Source of the DNA: Saccharospirillum sp.
Lineage (GTDB): Bacteria; Pseudomonadota; Gammaproteobacteria; Pseudomonadales; Natronospirillaceae
DNA length: 64,000 nt
NCBI GenBank assembly: GCA_018402545.1
Contig: JAGYIL010000004.1
Coordinates: 224,422 to 288,421, forward strand
Direction: 5' to 3'
In this document: positions 61,444 through 64,000 of the stretch, piece by piece
Position numbering within the stretch: the stretch's first letter is position 1
Layout of the letters: every line of letters begins with the position of its first letter
The notes under the pieces: model-generated
Databases searched by the model: none
Told to the model about the DNA's origin: nothing
What the model saw: only the letters and a program-made list of their open reading frames with translations
Made by a program: the position numbers and the translations under genes

Positions 61444-63185
61444 AAGGTACCTTCACCCGCCTGTTGCGCTACGGCCTGGCCTATCGGCCCATGCTGATTC
61501 AGGCCGTGCTGTTGCTCACGCTGGCAACCGCCGGCAACGTGCTTGGCCCCTACCTGATCAAGGTGTTTATCGACAGCTTTCTGACGCCGGGTTACTGGGC
61601 GGTGACGCCACTGGCAGGACTGGTGCTGGCGTATCTGACCGCGCAACTGATATCAGCCGTGTGCTTCTTCCAGCAGGCGATTCGCTTTAACCGCATTGCG
61701 CTGAATGTGGTGCAGACCATTCGCGAGCAGGTGTTCGCCAAGGTGATGCGCCTGCCGCTCGCGTTTTTTGACCACACCCCGACTGGCAGCCTGATCAGCC
61801 GCATCACCAACGATACCGAAGCGATCAAGGACTTGTACGTCAACGTCATTTCCGTGGTCATTCAAAACAGCATCCGCATGACCGGCATTCTGATAGCGAT
61901 GGCGTTTTTGAACCTGAAGCTGATGCTGATTTGTGTGGTGCTGGTGCCCGCAGTGATCAGCATCATGCTGATTTACCAAAAACTGTCGACACCGGTGTTC
62001 CAGCAAGTGCGTACCCTGCTCAGCGACATTAACGCCCGCATGAACGAAGGTATACAAGGCATGTCGGTGATTCAGCTGATGAATCAGCAGGGCCGTTTCA
62101 GCCGCGCCTTTGAAACCACCAGCACCGATCATTACAAGGCCAAGATCCGCAATGTGATGATCGACGGCCTGATGCTGCGCGCCCTGGTCGACCTGGTCTA
62201 CATGGCCTTGCTCGCTGGCTTGCTGTTCGCCTTCGGCTGGGATTTCCTCAGCCCGGCCGGGGCAATTCAGGTGGGTGTTATCTACGCCTTTCTGAATTAC
62301 CTGGGCAATCTGACCGAGCCGGTTATCGACATGATTTCGCGGCTGAACATGTTTCAGCAGGCACTGGTCTCGGCCGATCGCGTGTTCAAATTGCTCGATG
62401 AATCTACCGTGCCGGTGCCAGCTCATCCGGAAAGCCCGCGCGATGCATCGGTCAAATTCGAGATCGGGGCCTTCAGTTACGATGGCCGCACTACGGTGCT
62501 GACCGACGTAAACCTCACCATCGAACCCGGTCAGTTTGTCGGCATCGTCGGCCACACCGGCTCCGGCAAGAGCACCCTGATGTCATTGTTGATGGGCTTC
62601 TACCCGGTTGAGCTCGGCACCGTACGCGTCGGCGAGATACCGCTCGACCGCATCGACCCGGCCGAACGCAGCCGGCGCATGGGCCTGGTGCAGCAAGACC
62701 CATTCATTTTCATGGGCACCATTGCCGATAACATTCGCCTGGAATGGGATCTCACCGATGCCGAAGTAGAGCAGGCCGCCCGTCAGGCTCAATTGCACGA
62801 TGCCATCATGCGCATGCCCAAGGGCTACCAGACTGTGTTGACCGAACGCGGCGGCAACCTCAGCAACGGCCAGCGCCAACTGCTCAGCCTGGCCAGAACC
62901 CTGGCGCGCAAACCGGACATTCTGATTCTCGATGAAGCCACCGCCAACATCGACAGCCACACCGAGGCCCTGATCCAGCAGTCGCTGATGGCGCTGCGTG
63001 GCCACATCACCATCATCGCCATCGCCCACCGCCTGAGCACCGTGATGGAGGCCGACCAGATCGTGGTGCTTCACCAGGGCCACGTTCAGCAACAGGGTCA
63101 CCACAAGGCGCTGATGGCCGAAGAAGGCCTCTATCGCCATATGTATGAGTTACAGCAGCAGAAGGATCCTGTTGTTTCTGCTTAG
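61440..63185 (+). CDS. mdlB: ABC exporter half-transporter (permease+ATPase), MdlB-like
   Basis: ATG 61440 overlaps the mdlA stop (ATGA). Walker A GHTGSGKST and signature LSNGQRQL. Confidence 0.85.
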   Translation: MKGTFTRLLRYGLAYRPMLIQAVLLLTLATAGNVLGPYLIKVFIDSFLTPGYWAVTPLAGLVLAYLTAQLISAVCFFQQAIRFNRIALNVVQTIREQVFAKVMRLPLAFFDHTPTGSLISRITNDTEAIKDLYVNVISVVIQNSIRMTGILIAMAFLNLKLMLICVVLVPAVISIMLIYQKLSTPVFQQVRTLLSDINARMNEGIQGMSVIQLMNQQGRFSRAFETTSTDHYKAKIRNVMIDGLMLRALVDLVYMALLAGLLFAFGWDFLSPAGAIQVGVIYAFLNYLGNLTEPVIDMISRLNMFQQALVSADRVFKLLDESTVPVPAHPESPRDASVKFEIGAFSYDGRTTVLTDVNLTIEPGQFVGIVGHTGSGKSTLMSLLMGFYPVELGTVRVGEIPLDRIDPAERSRRMGLVQQDPFIFMGTIADNIRLEWDLTDAEVEQAARQAQLHDAIMRMPKGYQTVLTERGGNLSNGQRQLLSLARTLARKPDILILDEATANIDSHTEALIQQSLMALRGHITIIAIAHRLSTVMEADQIVVLHQGHVQQQGHHKALMAEEGLYRHMYELQQQKDPVVSA

Positions 63186-63253
63186 GTGCCAGGGAATGGC
63201 TTCGTGCTTCCTCTGGCCTTTGCTGCGTTAACTCTAGTGGCATGAGTTCGGCA

Positions 63254-63352
63254 CCGACCGGTACTAACATTCACCCGGTTCTGAAGGCACGTCCCTGTGC
63301 CCATCACCTACCGCGGGCATCCATGCCCGCTGTGAATGTCAGTACCGGTAGG
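63254..63352. repeat. palindromic intergenic element with the same architecture as the repeat family but different sequence (copy I)
   Basis: Outer inverted repeat accggtactaacattcac / gtgaatgtcagtaccggt (17/18 match) encloses two hairpins (ggcac-gtccct-gtgcc; gcgggcat-cc-atgcccgc). Confidence 0.5.
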
Positions 63353-63524
63353 AGCCTTTGAATCTGGCGACGCAGACGCTGGCGACTCCCACCTTTACAT
63401 ATCGGGCTACCGATAATCCTTGCATCTCACCTCTATCTTTCTAAACTTTCAGAAAATACTGAAACTTCAATAATCTGATGATCTGCATCAAAGGTGTGGG
63501 ATCGGAGTTCTGATAGAGGGCGCG

Positions 63525-64000
63525 ATGAAGCTGAACACTGAACTGGAAAACATGATTCTGCATTTTGGTGAAATGGGCAGTCGCTGGGGTTTTAACCGCA
63601 CCGTGGGGCAGATGCTGGCGTTGCTGGTATTCAGTGATGAACCCCTGTCGGCCGACGATATAGCCGCTTCGCTGAGCATCTCGCGCGGTAACGTCAGCAT
63701 GGCGTTGAAGGAACTACACTCCTGGCGGCTGATTCGGACACACCGTGAGCCAGGCGACCGCAAAGACTACTTTTTGGCCAACGGCACCATCTGGGAGCTG
63801 TCGCAACAGGTGCTGGAAGAACGCAAGAAAAGGGAAGTGGACCCAACGCTGTCGATGCTGCGCAGCCAACTGATGGCCAGTGAACAGGATGCCATGCCGC
63901 ACCACGCCCGCCAGCAGATGCAGGAAATTCACGACCTGCTGGAACTGTTTAACCACTGGTTTGACGACATGCAGCACATGAAACCCGAACACCTGCAGGC
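63525..64000 (+). CDS. GbsR/MarR-type winged-helix transcriptional regulator (3' end outside window)
   Basis: ATG 63525 after agaggg, open to the window end. HFGEMGSRWGFNRTVGQMLALLVFSDEPLSADDIAASLSISRGNVSMALKEL is typical of the GbsR family. Confidence 0.7.
   Translation, partial: MKLNTELENMILHFGEMGSRWGFNRTVGQMLALLVFSDEPLSADDIAASLSISRGNVSMALKELHSWRLIRTHREPGDRKDYFLANGTIWELSQQVLEERKKREVDPTLSMLRSQLMASEQDAMPHHARQQMQEIHDLLELFNHWFDDMQHMKPEHLQ

Overview
GC-rich (~58-60%) gammaproteobacterial chromosome, mostly core housekeeping genes. Local gene order resembles Pseudomonas and Oceanospirillales-type genomes: leuA-holD-like-rimI; lptM-lysA-dapF-DUF484; pyrE/crc; comM; glyA; sdaA; nrdR-ribD-ribBX-ribH-nusB; srkA; comF; carA-carB-greA; nfeD-SPFH; dgt/radA; tamA-tamB; mdlA-mdlB. 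I found no rRNA, tRNA, CRISPR array, transposase, integrase or recognisable defence island, so no obvious exciting system stands out. The three most unusual signals are these. (1) A family of at least 8 structured intergenic repeats. They share a conserved ~50-nt core and inner hairpin. The enclosing 25-30 bp stem differs in sequence between copies but stays self-complementary. Its mismatches are strand-biased, read as G:U on one strand only. One copy carries a nested insertion and one is collapsed to the stem. (2) A translationally coupled three-gene operon downstream of greA, with a convergent double-HTH regulator: KAS III-like thiolase, a haem-oxygenase-like putative di-iron enzyme, and an unknown 293-aa protein. 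(3) A 78-aa protein that looks like only the N- and C-terminal (D0) segments of a flagellar rod protein, encoded next to a SprA-related HExxH protein and away from any flagellar genes. Smaller points: a Crc-type catalytically dead ExoIII homologue; a terminator-like structure and an ArgR-type box in the carA leader; a DnaA-box/palindrome cluster with an AT-rich tract upstream of nrdR; and several start codons corrected relative to the ORF track, including an unlisted 49-aa LptM lipoprotein. All family assignments come from motif recognition by eye. No database search was run.
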